IMG/VR virus record: IMGVR_UViG_3300025121_000282
Location: 250,887-314,886 of that record
Direction: 5' to 3' (one strand)
DNA length: 64,000 nucleotides
Positions 55,677-64,000 of this stretch are shown here, one piece after another. The notes under the pieces were generated by a model. It was given only the letters and a program-made list of their open reading frames with translations. It had not been told where the DNA came from and did not search any database. How positions within the stretch are numbered: position 1 is the first letter of the stretch; every line of letters starts with the position of its first letter. A program made the translations under genes and the position numbers.

Positions 55677-58361
55677 TTACGGCAGGATGATGGGCTCGCC
55701 AACTCTTAAGAGAAGAGAAGAAGCGCCAATGGCAATACCCATGGGCAAAACTACATCGCCACTGCCGCTGGGGGCGGTGGCAGTGATCTGCCCGTCTGTG
55801 GTGGACAGGTATAGTGTCGCACCAGAAGTCCAAGCTCCACCACCGGCTCCCGATGCGATCTTGCCGAAGAGTGCAACGCGGATGGTGCTTGCCGTGTCCA
55901 GCGCAGAAGCGTCCAGCGCAACACCAGCTACCTGCGAGTTGGCAGCTGCATCAGCATCAGCAAGCTGCACCTTGCCATCAGCATCGATGTACACAACACT
56001 GCCAACATCCACGGCAGCATGTACAGCGGGTGTGTCAAAGTGCACGGCGAACGGAGCCGCTGCAGCACCAGTCTGGCCAACAACCAAACCACCTGAACCT
56101 ACGATCTTAACTTTCTGGTTGGTGGTTGCATTGCCGAACGAGATGACCTCAGCACCATCGGTGGTGTCAAGGGTCAGGTATGCATTTGTGCTCTCGCCAA
56201 TCACCAACGAGGTGGCAGAGTTGTCTACGATCCCGTAGGTCGAAGCAGCAGCAGCACTCAGGTTAAGTGCACCGGCAGAGGTGAGCGCCAAAGTACCAGA
56301 AGTAATGGTGCTTAGGGTAAGACTGCCGCTGGTAGCGCTGACGTTCGAGTTGCCTGTACCGTCGATGCTAAACACGCCTGAAGACAGAATGTCTACAGTG
56401 CCCGTCACATCAATGTCCAGGTTGGCGCCCGCATTCAAGTCCACGAGGCCAACGCTATCCAGGACTAGGGTGCCCGAGGTAAGCGTCGAAAGCGTCAGGT
56501 TACCACCTGTGACGGAGACGTTTGAGGCGCTTGTGCTGTCAATGGAGAACGAGGCCCCATCCACCGAGAAGGCCGAGGCCCCCACGTTATACGTGAACGT
56601 ACCCGTCGTCTGTCCGACGTTGCCCGTGAAGGTCGTCACACCACTCTGGGCCAGTGTCCCGGCATTCTCGATACCCGCGTCGAAGCCCGAGATGGACAGA
56701 CCTACCGAAGCACCCGCACCCGCATTCGTCGCGCCGGTCAGCTTCACACCGTAGATGTCCCCGGCATTGTTGAACGAGGTTGCATTACTCAGGTCAACCA
56801 CGATGCCATTCGACGTACCCGTGAAGGCCGAGGCCGCATACACAATACTCAGGGTGCCAACGTTTTCAGTCGTCTTGGCTTGCGTCAGTGCAACTGCACC
56901 GTTGTCTACAGTGATACCGACACCACCGTTGTAGGCCCCATCAAGTGTAGCCCCACCACTTGCTTCCAAGCTCACCCAAGCTGCACCCGTCCGGTACTTC
57001 AGGGTCGAAGTAGTGGAGTCGTAAAGGAGGTCACCGGCTGCGGGGACCGCGATGTTGTCGGTGATCTCCTGGGTCGTGAAAACCGGCAGACTCAAAAGCA
57101 CCTGGGCGTCGGTGCCAAGCTTCACGCGGTCATTCGCATCCAGGCTGGTGATCGTGTCGACGTAGGCAGCCGAGAACGCTGCCGCCGACGTGCCGAGCGT
57201 GACGGTCGAGTCCGCACTCGGGTACATGCTGCCGTTGCCGACGATCACTTGATCGGCGTTGTTCGCGAACAGGTGCAGTAGGCCGCCAGCCATGCCGCCA
57301 CCGATGGAGAAGTCTCCACCGCCGGTGATCATCGTGGCCCCGCCCTTGGGGATCATCGTGCCGTCACCATTGACGCGGAGCAGTTCGTTGCCGGAGTTGT
57401 TCTTGACCACGAACCCGGTCGCGGTCGTGTCGGCGCCGAGCATCATCACGATGTCGGAAGCGACGGCGACGTTGTCGAACCGCAGCTCGCCCGTCGCCGA
57501 TGTCGCGACCGTATTCGTGCCGTCGTGCTGGATCGCGAAGTCGGATCCGGTGCCAATCGTGATGCTCACCGAATCCGGCAGCATCGCGCCGCCCGTGAGC
57601 GTCGCGAGATCGTCGGCGGCCAGCGTTCCGACGCGCAGCGGAAGCGCGTCAAGGACGGCATCGCCGCCAAGGCGGCCGGTCAGGTGCGCGACCACCCACA
57701 CGTCGTTCGTCTCGTCGTACACGAGACCGTGGAACGGCGAGTAGATCGAGACCGCCTCGGTGTCCGCGGGCTGCGTGGTCCAGGCAGAAGCGACCGTCGC
57801 GATATTCGAGATCCCGTTGTACTCGGTGACGAGCCGGACGTTGTCGCCCGCGCTCTTCAGCCACATGCCGGTGTAGTAGTCGTTCGTGGCGCTGCCGCCC
57901 GCGAGCTTCACCTGGACGTTCGTCATGCCCGTCTGATCGCCAATATCGGCAATCGTCGCGACGAGCGCGTTCGCGTCTGTCACCACATCACCGGTGCCGA
58001 CATCATTCGCGGCCTGATACCGCTGCGCGGCATACCCGGCATTCGCGGATCCGGACGGCCCCGCGTTCACCAGCGCAATGTTGTCGTCGACCTCCATGAT
58101 CGTGCTATTAACCGTAGTAGTAGTCCCGTTTACGGTTAAATTACCAGTAATGGTGACACCATCTGCAAACACAGCAGCCCCTGTAAAGGACTTACTGTTC
58201 AGGGCAAGGTCTCCGCCCAGCGACAACGTGGAGTTGCCAGCACCACCACCTAGGGTGATAACACCAGCTGCAGCGCCCAAATCAAAGGACGTACCATCGA
58301 GGCCTAGACTCAACGACGACGTTTTACGTACGCCACCGTCCAGTACTAAAATTTGTGCCAT
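55677..58361 (-). CDS. Fibre/decoration protein (894 aa) with C-terminal DUF2190-like domain and a GC-rich internal segment
   Basis: GNLTVNGTTTTVNST fibre motif, Gly/Thr/Ala-rich beta repeats, GSVVYIDADGKVQLADA...LYLSTTDG; GGAGAG SD. Confidence 0.7.
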   Translation of the reverse strand: MAQILVLDGGVRKTSSLSLGLDGTSFDLGAAAGVITLGGGAGNSTLSLGGDLALNSKSFTGAAVFADGVTITGNLTVNGTTTTVNSTIMEVDDNIALVNAGPSGSANAGYAAQRYQAANDVGTGDVVTDANALVATIADIGDQTGMTNVQVKLAGGSATNDYYTGMWLKSAGDNVRLVTEYNGISNIATVASAWTTQPADTEAVSIYSPFHGLVYDETNDVWVVAHLTGRLGGDAVLDALPLRVGTLAADDLATLTGGAMLPDSVSITIGTGSDFAIQHDGTNTVATSATGELRFDNVAVASDIVMMLGADTTATGFVVKNNSGNELLRVNGDGTMIPKGGATMITGGGDFSIGGGMAGGLLHLFANNADQVIVGNGSMYPSADSTVTLGTSAAAFSAAYVDTITSLDANDRVKLGTDAQVLLSLPVFTTQEITDNIAVPAAGDLLYDSTTSTLKYRTGAAWVSLEASGGATLDGAYNGGVGITVDNGAVALTQAKTTENVGTLSIVYAASAFTGTSNGIVVDLSNATSFNNAGDIYGVKLTGATNAGAGASVGLSISGFDAGIENAGTLAQSGVTTFTGNVGQTTGTFTYNVGASAFSVDGASFSIDSTSASNVSVTGGNLTLSTLTSGTLVLDSVGLVDLNAGANLDIDVTGTVDILSSGVFSIDGTGNSNVSATSGSLTLSTITSGTLALTSAGALNLSAAAASTYGIVDNSATSLVIGESTNAYLTLDTTDGAEVISFGNATTNQKVKIVGSGGLVVGQTGAAAAPFAVHFDTPAVHAAVDVGSVVYIDADGKVQLADADAAANSQVAGVALDASALDTASTIRVALFGKIASGAGGGAWTSGATLYLSTTDGQITATAPSGSGDVVLPMGIAIGASSLLLRVGEPIILP

Positions 58362-58387
58362 TTTGTCTCTCCAATTTTTTGATACAA

Positions 58388-58460
58388 AGGAATTAGATGT
58401 GAGGAATTAGATGTGAGGAATTAGATGTGAGGAATTAGATGTGAGGAATTAGATGTGAGG
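58388..58460. repeat. Tandem repeat, 14-bp unit AGGAATTAGATGTG x5 plus 3 nt
   Basis: Exact copies starting 58388, 58402, 58416, 58430, 58444; intergenic, just upstream of the fibre gene. Confidence 0.95.
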
Positions 58461-58492
58461 CTTAGCTTAAGCTTCAGATAGAAGACCTACCG

Positions 58493-58795
58493 TTAAATAC
58501 CCAAGTCTTCTTCATCTAGTGCCGGGGTTTTGTTTGAGGGAGAGGCCGCCAGCGTATCGGGGTCTTCCTCTTCCTCTACCAATTTTGTGACTAAGTTGTT
58601 AATGTCAACCAGTAGAGTTCCAATGTCAGTGTTTATAACATTGATTCTTTCTTGGTCTACTTTGAGTCTTTCTTCAATTTTGGAGTTGACCCGGTCTCTC
58701 CACGCTTCAAACTCTTCCTTAATTTTTAAGGCCTCTTGGTTTAGCAACTCCCTACGGTGTCGAAGTTGCTTAATCTGTCCACGGATACTACTCAT
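58493..58795 (-). CDS. Coiled-coil hypothetical protein
   Basis: AGGAG SD; heptad pattern. Confidence 0.6.
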   Translation of the reverse strand: MSSIRGQIKQLRHRRELLNQEALKIKEEFEAWRDRVNSKIEERLKVDQERINVINTDIGTLLVDINNLVTKLVEEEEDPDTLAASPSNKTPALDEEDLGI

Positions 58796-59099
58796 TTGCG
58801 TTACTCCTTGCTATAAACACGGCATCACGAATTTGTTTGTGCTTTTTTAACAACAACGAAAGTACTGAATTGTCTAAAATTGATTCAAAACTTGTTACTG
58901 AGTTTGTGTCCATGTTTTCAAGTTCAGTAACAAGTTGAGTTAAGTGTAATAACATTTTAGACTTAGATAGTTCTATGGCATTGGAGCCAGTGTCGTACAC
59001 CATAGTTTGGAATCTGTCCCCACGCTCTATGGAGACTCTTTTTGTACCAGAAAATTCTAGCACGGTTCCTAACAGTAGGTTGTTGGTCTTTAAAGCCAC
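58788..59099 (-). CDS. Hypothetical protein
   Basis: Tightly packed in operon. Confidence 0.5.
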   Translation of the reverse strand: MALKTNNLLLGTVLEFSGTKRVSIERGDRFQTMVYDTGSNAIELSKSKMLLHLTQLVTELENMDTNSVTSFESILDNSVLSLLLKKHKQIRDAVFIARSNANE

Positions 59100-59879
59100 T
59101 TAGTTTAGCTCAATTGGTCGTTCTACATGCACCAGCACGCCGCCCTTAAAAAACTTACCAACCACTGTTATAACACCAGTGACTGGTGACATAGTAGTGA
59201 CTGTACCGGCCTGAGTATTAGACAAAAATAGCTGCTGGTTGCTTTGCGGTTCTGGACTGCCCTCTTCTTTAATACATATACTAAACCCGTTAAATACAAA
59301 TCTTCCCTGTGCGTTATTTACTACTGTGGTAGGCAAAGAACCTACTACATCAGATGTTAGTAGTGCCGTGGCTATAGCTGGGGCCATAGACCCGTCTTGC
59401 TTTATATACACCATTGTTCCGGCTGCTATACTAGACCCAGTCCTGTTCCAAACTGGTTTAGAATGAATCCCGTATGCTAGCATGCTATCATCCCACTCAA
59501 AATCATTAGGGTTTGGAATACTTCCAAGCTTTTGTGCAGGCATTTTATCTAGTGTGGCTTGCCTGCACACGTCCCTCACTACATCAAATCTCTGTATCGA
59601 TTTTACCACGTTGGATTGTTGAGTGGATTTGTACTTCCACTCTATTATATGACTCCCTATGTTCCATTGTCCAGCCATAAAAAACAAAAACACAAAATAT
59701 TCACCAACACCTGCCCTGCTTGGTGCCCCAACCAGTGGTTTTGCTATTTTGTTGCCAGTAGTACAATCGTATATTGTGTATGTGATCCAAAAAGGGTCTA
59801 CAGGCACGTTTCCGCTGTCATACAGCAGTATGTCTAAATCACCAACACCAATGTGGTCCCCTATCTTGAATGAATTCAT
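59100..59879 (-). CDS. Virion protein: N-terminal Ig-like domain (paralogue of 54052) plus C-terminal DUF2190-like domain
   Basis: DLDILLYD...ITYTIYDCTTG...VGEYF; GTMVYIKQDG...LFLSNTQAGTVT. Confidence 0.6.
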   Translation of the reverse strand: MNSFKIGDHIGVGDLDILLYDSGNVPVDPFWITYTIYDCTTGNKIAKPLVGAPSRAGVGEYFVFLFFMAGQWNIGSHIIEWKYKSTQQSNVVKSIQRFDVVRDVCRQATLDKMPAQKLGSIPNPNDFEWDDSMLAYGIHSKPVWNRTGSSIAAGTMVYIKQDGSMAPAIATALLTSDVVGSLPTTVVNNAQGRFVFNGFSICIKEEGSPEPQSNQQLFLSNTQAGTVTTMSPVTGVITVVGKFFKGGVLVHVERPIELN

Positions 59880-60220
59880 GTGCTACTGAATGCCCTCAAT
59901 CCGCCACCAAACCCACCAAAGTCCAATACAGTGGCTGCGTCTTCTAAGCTTAAATCGTTGTCATCCGAGTCTAAACCCTTAAATTCTATATAGCACACAG
60001 TATACGGAGGTAACTCAGCAGAAACGTCCCATCTATAATGAAATCTACCTGTGTATCCGCTGTATGTCATTTCTGTAGTGGATATAACGTCAGTTACTGC
60101 GTTATCCACGTACCTTACTATCCTCACAGTGGCTTCTACGGGTGACATGGGTGTGTTGCCGGCGGAACTCTTGAATAAACAAGACAGGTAGTTTGTAGAC
60201 CCCCTTAGTACAAAAATCAT
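59876..60220 (-). CDS. Small Ig-like virion protein
   Basis: Start reassigned to ATG 60220 (MIFVLRG), 1 nt after upstream stop; GRFHYRWDV. Confidence 0.5.
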   Translation of the reverse strand: MIFVLRGSTNYLSCLFKSSAGNTPMSPVEATVRIVRYVDNAVTDVISTTEMTYSGYTGRFHYRWDVSAELPPYTVCYIEFKGLDSDDNDLSLEDAATVLDFGGFGGGLRAFSST

Positions 60221-60221
60221 T

Positions 60222-60671
60222 TTATACCCCGTGAACCAGTGGTTTAAGTCTCTTAACACACGAGATAAAATTGCCGGAGTTTACAAAAGACCCACTTATA
60301 AACTCAATTCTAAGTTTTTTAATCTCTTTTTCAGAGTTGAACGGACGGAAATGAAAATAGAATCTGTTACCTACTTTAGACGTACCAGTGAGTTCCACAT
60401 TATTGGCACGTAAAAATGCAGCAAAAAACAAATCTGACGTTTTAGGATTACAAAAGTCTAAACAAAAGTCACCAAGTGTGTATGATTTAAGAGTGCGCAT
60501 GGCACTGATCAAAAGGCTGTTGTTTACATGTTTACTTTTTAGGTCGGGGATACTGGGTACGTTAAAACAAAAGTAGTGCTTGTTGTTGTCTATGCGACAA
60601 TCAAACAACACAAACCCAGCAGCCAGCAAAGTCGCTGCATAATTGGTATCATTCGTAACAAATTCTTCCAT
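60222..60671 (-). CDS. Tandem DUF5659-like domain protein
   Basis: Two repeats: TNDTNYAATLLAAGF...YFCF and TSDLFFAAFLRANNV...FYFHF. Confidence 0.55.
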   Translation of the reverse strand: MEEFVTNDTNYAATLLAAGFVLFDCRIDNNKHYFCFNVPSIPDLKSKHVNNSLLISAMRTLKSYTLGDFCLDFCNPKTSDLFFAAFLRANNVELTGTSKVGNRFYFHFRPFNSEKEIKKLRIEFISGSFVNSGNFISCVKRLKPLVHGV

Positions 60672-60697
60672 TCACATATGTCCGCATGGACTAAGAT

Positions 60698-61147
60698 TTA
60701 AAGAGCGAATGCCGAGTTGTTGGCATTATCAGCCAACACAGTAAGTGCAACGGCAGTCGCGCCACCTGCAACCCACTCTCTAGAAGTTGCAAAACCAGCA
60801 ATTACACCCTCAGTAAATGAGAGTCTAAATGCGTCGGTTTCCACAATCCTAGGGGCAAGATAGTCTAACAAAACTAACGTCTGCTCATCCGTCATGCCGA
60901 CAACGCCCTGGTACGACGCAAGTCTCATGTCACCCGCAAGTGCTAGCGCCACCATACTATCAGCATTTGCTGCTGTTATAGTGACACCGGCTGCGTCAGC
61001 ACCCTTTAGACAATTAGCTTGGGTGGGGTACCCAACAAACTGGGACTGAGGGTGCTGGAGGTATGGGACGTGGTTGGACCGAGGCTCAAGATCCCCAACA
61101 AAAAGGGGACCCAGGGCAGCGGAATATTTCTGAAGCAAATGAGCCAT
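60698..61147 (-). CDS. Probable head/virion structural protein
   Basis: AAGGA SD; Ala-rich; structural operon context. Confidence 0.5.
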   Translation of the reverse strand: MAHLLQKYSAALGPLFVGDLEPRSNHVPYLQHPQSQFVGYPTQANCLKGADAAGVTITAANADSMVALALAGDMRLASYQGVVGMTDEQTLVLLDYLAPRIVETDAFRLSFTEGVIAGFATSREWVAGGATAVALTVLADNANNSAFAL

Positions 61148-61163
61148 TGTATTAGTTCCTTAC

Positions 61164-62201
61164 TTAGGGTGAAACAGTGATTACTCTACCAGTAACAGAA
61201 TCAATCCCATTTGCGTTTATGTACACAGTGTCAGAGGCTATAGTACCGTTAAAATTGGCCGCTTTATCTGCTGCTGTGATAATCACCTGAGTGCCATCCT
61301 CAGCTTCCGAAGAAACCTCTCCTGTGCCACGCAGAACACCACCTGTATGCTCGCCTGCCGCCCACCCTAGTAAGGCTGCCAAATCAGCCCCGGCTACTGC
61401 CGTGATTGTAAGAGTGGTGCTGGGCCCTGGGAATTTGTGCACTAAATCAACAGCAGTGGCGTGGGCCTCACCGGCTACTGCCACAATATCCAATCCACTA
61501 TCAGCCAATTCAGCATTTAGTGCGGCCAGTAGTGCGGTCCTAGTGGCGTAGGCCTCGTCTGCTATGGTGATTCTCGTGCTGTCATCAGCTGCAACTGTTT
61601 TTAAGTCTACAGACACAGCACCAGCAGGGTCAAATGGGAAACCGCCGGCAATTTCAGTCCCAGCCTCTCGGGCTGCTATCCCAATTCTTACATGTGTAGT
61701 AAACGGTGAAATACTGCGTAGATTAGTACCATTAATGACGATGTCTCCGTCACCATTTAGGTATGCACCCTGAACATCCACAGCAGCTACCTGAACGCCC
61801 ATCACAGGGGCAGTCAGTGGGGTTATGGCAGTGGCATCATAGGTGGTTGACCCTACAATTCCAGCTGCAGCAAATTTTCTGATTACTCCACGGTCTGCGG
61901 ACATCAGTACATCACTGTTAGCTGCAAAGTCCAAATATCCAGACAACGACTCGGTAGTAGGGTCGCCACCGTCCAAGCTGAATCTGGTAGCAGTAGTAGT
62001 GTTGTATTTGACAATGGTGGACAACCTGCTATCCACCAGATCATCACCCACCACAGTAACCCTCTGTCTGGTGTAATTACCCTCACCAGAGGTTCCGGGC
62101 ATTGTTACGCCATTGTTAAGGTCACTTAAAATAAGATAGTTAGTTTGAGATGCATCGTTAGCATCAAGCTGGGTGTGGTGTACTCTGATTCTGTTTGCCA
62201 T
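61164..62201 (-). CDS. Probable virion structural protein with IPT/Ig-like elements
   Basis: GAGG SD; IVINGTNL; Ala/Gly/Thr-rich. Confidence 0.55.
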   Translation of the reverse strand: MANRIRVHHTQLDANDASQTNYLILSDLNNGVTMPGTSGEGNYTRQRVTVVGDDLVDSRLSTIVKYNTTTATRFSLDGGDPTTESLSGYLDFAANSDVLMSADRGVIRKFAAAGIVGSTTYDATAITPLTAPVMGVQVAAVDVQGAYLNGDGDIVINGTNLRSISPFTTHVRIGIAAREAGTEIAGGFPFDPAGAVSVDLKTVAADDSTRITIADEAYATRTALLAALNAELADSGLDIVAVAGEAHATAVDLVHKFPGPSTTLTITAVAGADLAALLGWAAGEHTGGVLRGTGEVSSEAEDGTQVIITAADKAANFNGTIASDTVYINANGIDSVTGRVITVSP

Positions 62202-62238
62202 GGTTTTACCTCTTAGATTCAGTTAAACCATAAAACTA

Positions 62239-62646
62239 TCAACGCGACGTTTCTTTAGACACCATGGGTTGATACGTACTAGCTGCTAGGTCCCCCTTTG
62301 TGGACCTAACATGGTCTTGTACATCTCTCCAGGTGTGGGCTTCGTCGCCCTTGTAGTTTGGTACTAGTTCCAGTGGTTTTACGTGGTCTCTTTGTTTTTT
62401 ACCAACAGCAGCGACTCGTGCTGCTCTGTTTTTAGATTCCACTGTGTCCCTAGAAACCCAGCCAACACCCTTAAGGCTTACAGAGGCATCAGTAGGTACA
62501 AAGTTATATTCGCACGGAGACCCACACTTACACTTGATGGAATGCATCCCAATTGATGCCAATTCTTCCTCGTCTTTACGCTGCTTGTAAGTCATACTTA
62601 GGCACTGAGTAGTGTTACACTTAGTGCAACAAAAATCGTACATCAT
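62239..62646 (-). CDS. FmdB-like zinc ribbon protein with C-terminal extension
   Basis: Start at 62646 (MMYDFCCTKC) in ATGA overlap; CKCG; LKGVGWVSRD. Confidence 0.65.
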   Translation of the reverse strand: MMYDFCCTKCNTTQCLSMTYKQRKDEEELASIGMHSIKCKCGSPCEYNFVPTDASVSLKGVGWVSRDTVESKNRAARVAAVGKKQRDHVKPLELVPNYKGDEAHTWRDVQDHVRSTKGDLAASTYQPMVSKETSR

Positions 62647-63302
62647 AGTGTTGCCACCACTTCTACGGTTGTAGTTCCGGCTACACCATACAACCAAATT
62701 TGTTTAGGTGAAGAAGAATTGCTAATACTCCCACTGGTGGCTACAGTTTCGTAACTACTAAATTTATCCGACAGAGGCTCTGTGTATGCCACCCGTAGGG
62801 CATTTACGCCACCAGTATTCTTTATCTCAACCATACTCGTTTGTCTAGGCAGTGGACACCGGACCCAGGTGGCATTTCCGGCTGTTCCTTTAAGAACTAT
62901 CGGTATTGAGCCAGCATCTGTGACTGAGGTTGTAATGGTTGGTATTATTAATACCAACGGAGAAGCCTCTCCGGGGTCCCCAGCGCCTACAGCCGCTCTA
63001 CGAACAGAAGCAAAAAAGGCAGTGCTGTCGGCAATGTATACATTTATGGCATCAGCCCCCGCTGTAAATGTGTCGGGGTCAAATTTGTAACACACCTGTC
63101 TATTAGATTTTACTTGTCCAAGATGCTCTGGGACAAAATCAGAGAAGGTGTCGGCTAAATACCACTCTAGAGCTACTAAGTCCCCATCTGTTGGTAGTGG
63201 GACTTTAAATTTATCCGTTAAAAGAAGCTCAAACACACCGGCTAGGTTATTCGTACTTTCTCGTACTTCTACGTGACCAGGGAGTCTAGATGTAACTTGC
63301 AT
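62643..63302 (-). CDS. Probable virion structural protein
   Basis: Beta-rich ORF in structural region. Confidence 0.5.
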   Translation of the reverse strand: MQVTSRLPGHVEVRESTNNLAGVFELLLTDKFKVPLPTDGDLVALEWYLADTFSDFVPEHLGQVKSNRQVCYKFDPDTFTAGADAINVYIADSTAFFASVRRAAVGAGDPGEASPLVLIIPTITTSVTDAGSIPIVLKGTAGNATWVRCPLPRQTSMVEIKNTGGVNALRVAYTEPLSDKFSSYETVATSGSISNSSSPKQIWLYGVAGTTTVEVVATL

Positions 63303-63359
63303 ATTTAACGTCCACCCGTCCTATTGTTATCTAACACAACATAACGATGCCATACACAA

Positions 63360-63815
63360 TTACTCATTTTCAACCACGTGTAAAGACCTCACCGCTGTAG
63401 GCATTGCAGCTACAAAATCTGGTATAGTTTTAAAAACATCCTGGTGTATGAATTCGGTTACTGCTGCTTCAGAAAGTTGGTATTGGGACTTCATAAAATT
63501 GGAAAAGACATGGGCCGTCCTAATAGACGATAGTTTCATTTGTTTGTTCAACTGGTCTATCTCCGATGATGGGTAACAGTCTGAAATGGCAGACGAATCA
63601 AAGTCGTTTACCACGAAGGACACTTTTCCTATTTCTGCCTGTATCTCTCTAACAGAGTCTGGCAAGGATTCTATTGCAGCATACACATCTGGGTTGTCTC
63701 TGCACTGATCAAGTGCGGTGTGTATTGTATTACACTTGACACTAATTTGATCTATCTTAATTCTAAGTTTAGACACCAGACTTTGCAACACCACATTATG
63801 TCTAGATGTTTTCAT
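63360..63815 (-). CDS. Hypothetical helical protein (151 aa)
   Basis: Start reassigned to ATG 63815 (MKTSRH) with AAGGA SD. Confidence 0.5.
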   Translation of the reverse strand: MKTSRHNVVLQSLVSKLRIKIDQISVKCNTIHTALDQCRDNPDVYAAIESLPDSVREIQAEIGKVSFVVNDFDSSAISDCYPSSEIDQLNKQMKLSSIRTAHVFSNFMKSQYQLSEAAVTEFIHQDVFKTIPDFVAAMPTAVRSLHVVENE

Positions 63816-64000
63816 TTTGTCCTTGAGTGTACTTTTGAATTTAAGGGTTATTACGACCCAAAACCCGAAGTGTGGGGGGGGGGTTAGGTAGAATAACCAA
63901 TTAACCATCTGTACATAAGCACTGAAAAGAAATAGTATGGCTCGCAGCACTAAAATAGTACCGTCTAAAGAAAAACAAGCCCCAAACCCATAATAGTCTC

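Noticed and set aside
55677-58361. Diversity-generating retroelement or invertible fibre cassette
   Set aside because: No reverse transcriptase, template/variable repeat pair, invertase or flanking inverted repeats recognised
58388-58460. CRISPR array
   Set aside because: Units are 14 bp, directly adjacent, with no spacers; no cas genes
1-64000. Genome-wide TAG reassignment (code 15/16) suggested by the CUA tRNA
   Set aside because: Genes up to 4.4 kb are intact in code 11, coding density is high, and several genes end in TAG with only short or out-of-frame extensions (e.g. purZ TAG ATG TAA)

Overview
The window is part of a large (probably jumbo) contractile-tailed phage genome of moderate GC content, coded mostly on the minus strand. 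Left third: tail morphogenesis module (a >986-aa structural ORF running off the left edge, Gp5/VgrG-like spike, baseplate hub, two tube-initiator paralogues, tape measure, chaperones, tube, a 1457-aa sheath). Neck/head-completion and other virion genes lie at 23-27 kb and 43-64 kb. Between them are accessory genes for translation and nucleotide manipulation: RNase Z, a small alarmone hydrolase-like HD protein, a Pth2-like peptidyl-tRNA hydrolase, a metallophosphoesterase, an amber (CUA) suppressor tRNA, an RlaP-like nucleotidyltransferase, a DEDD exonuclease and DUF1599. Two loci stand out. (1) An unannotated, apparently leaderless leader ORF (31301-31242, MRINYPTSEM-amber-LHLARGPP-stop) in which an in-frame UAG precedes an RGPP ribosome-arrest-type motif that overlaps a 15-bp hairpin next to the Shine-Dalgarno of a two-gene Pth2-like operon; the same genome encodes a non-canonical amber suppressor tRNA 2.4 kb away, suggesting an amber-readthrough-sensing translational switch. 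(2) A PurZ (2-aminoadenine/Z-genome) synthetase interrupted by a LAGLIDADG intein and flanked on both sides by PD-(D/E)XK nuclease + Mom-like GNAT fusion genes. All family calls are from motif recognition by eye; no database search was run.
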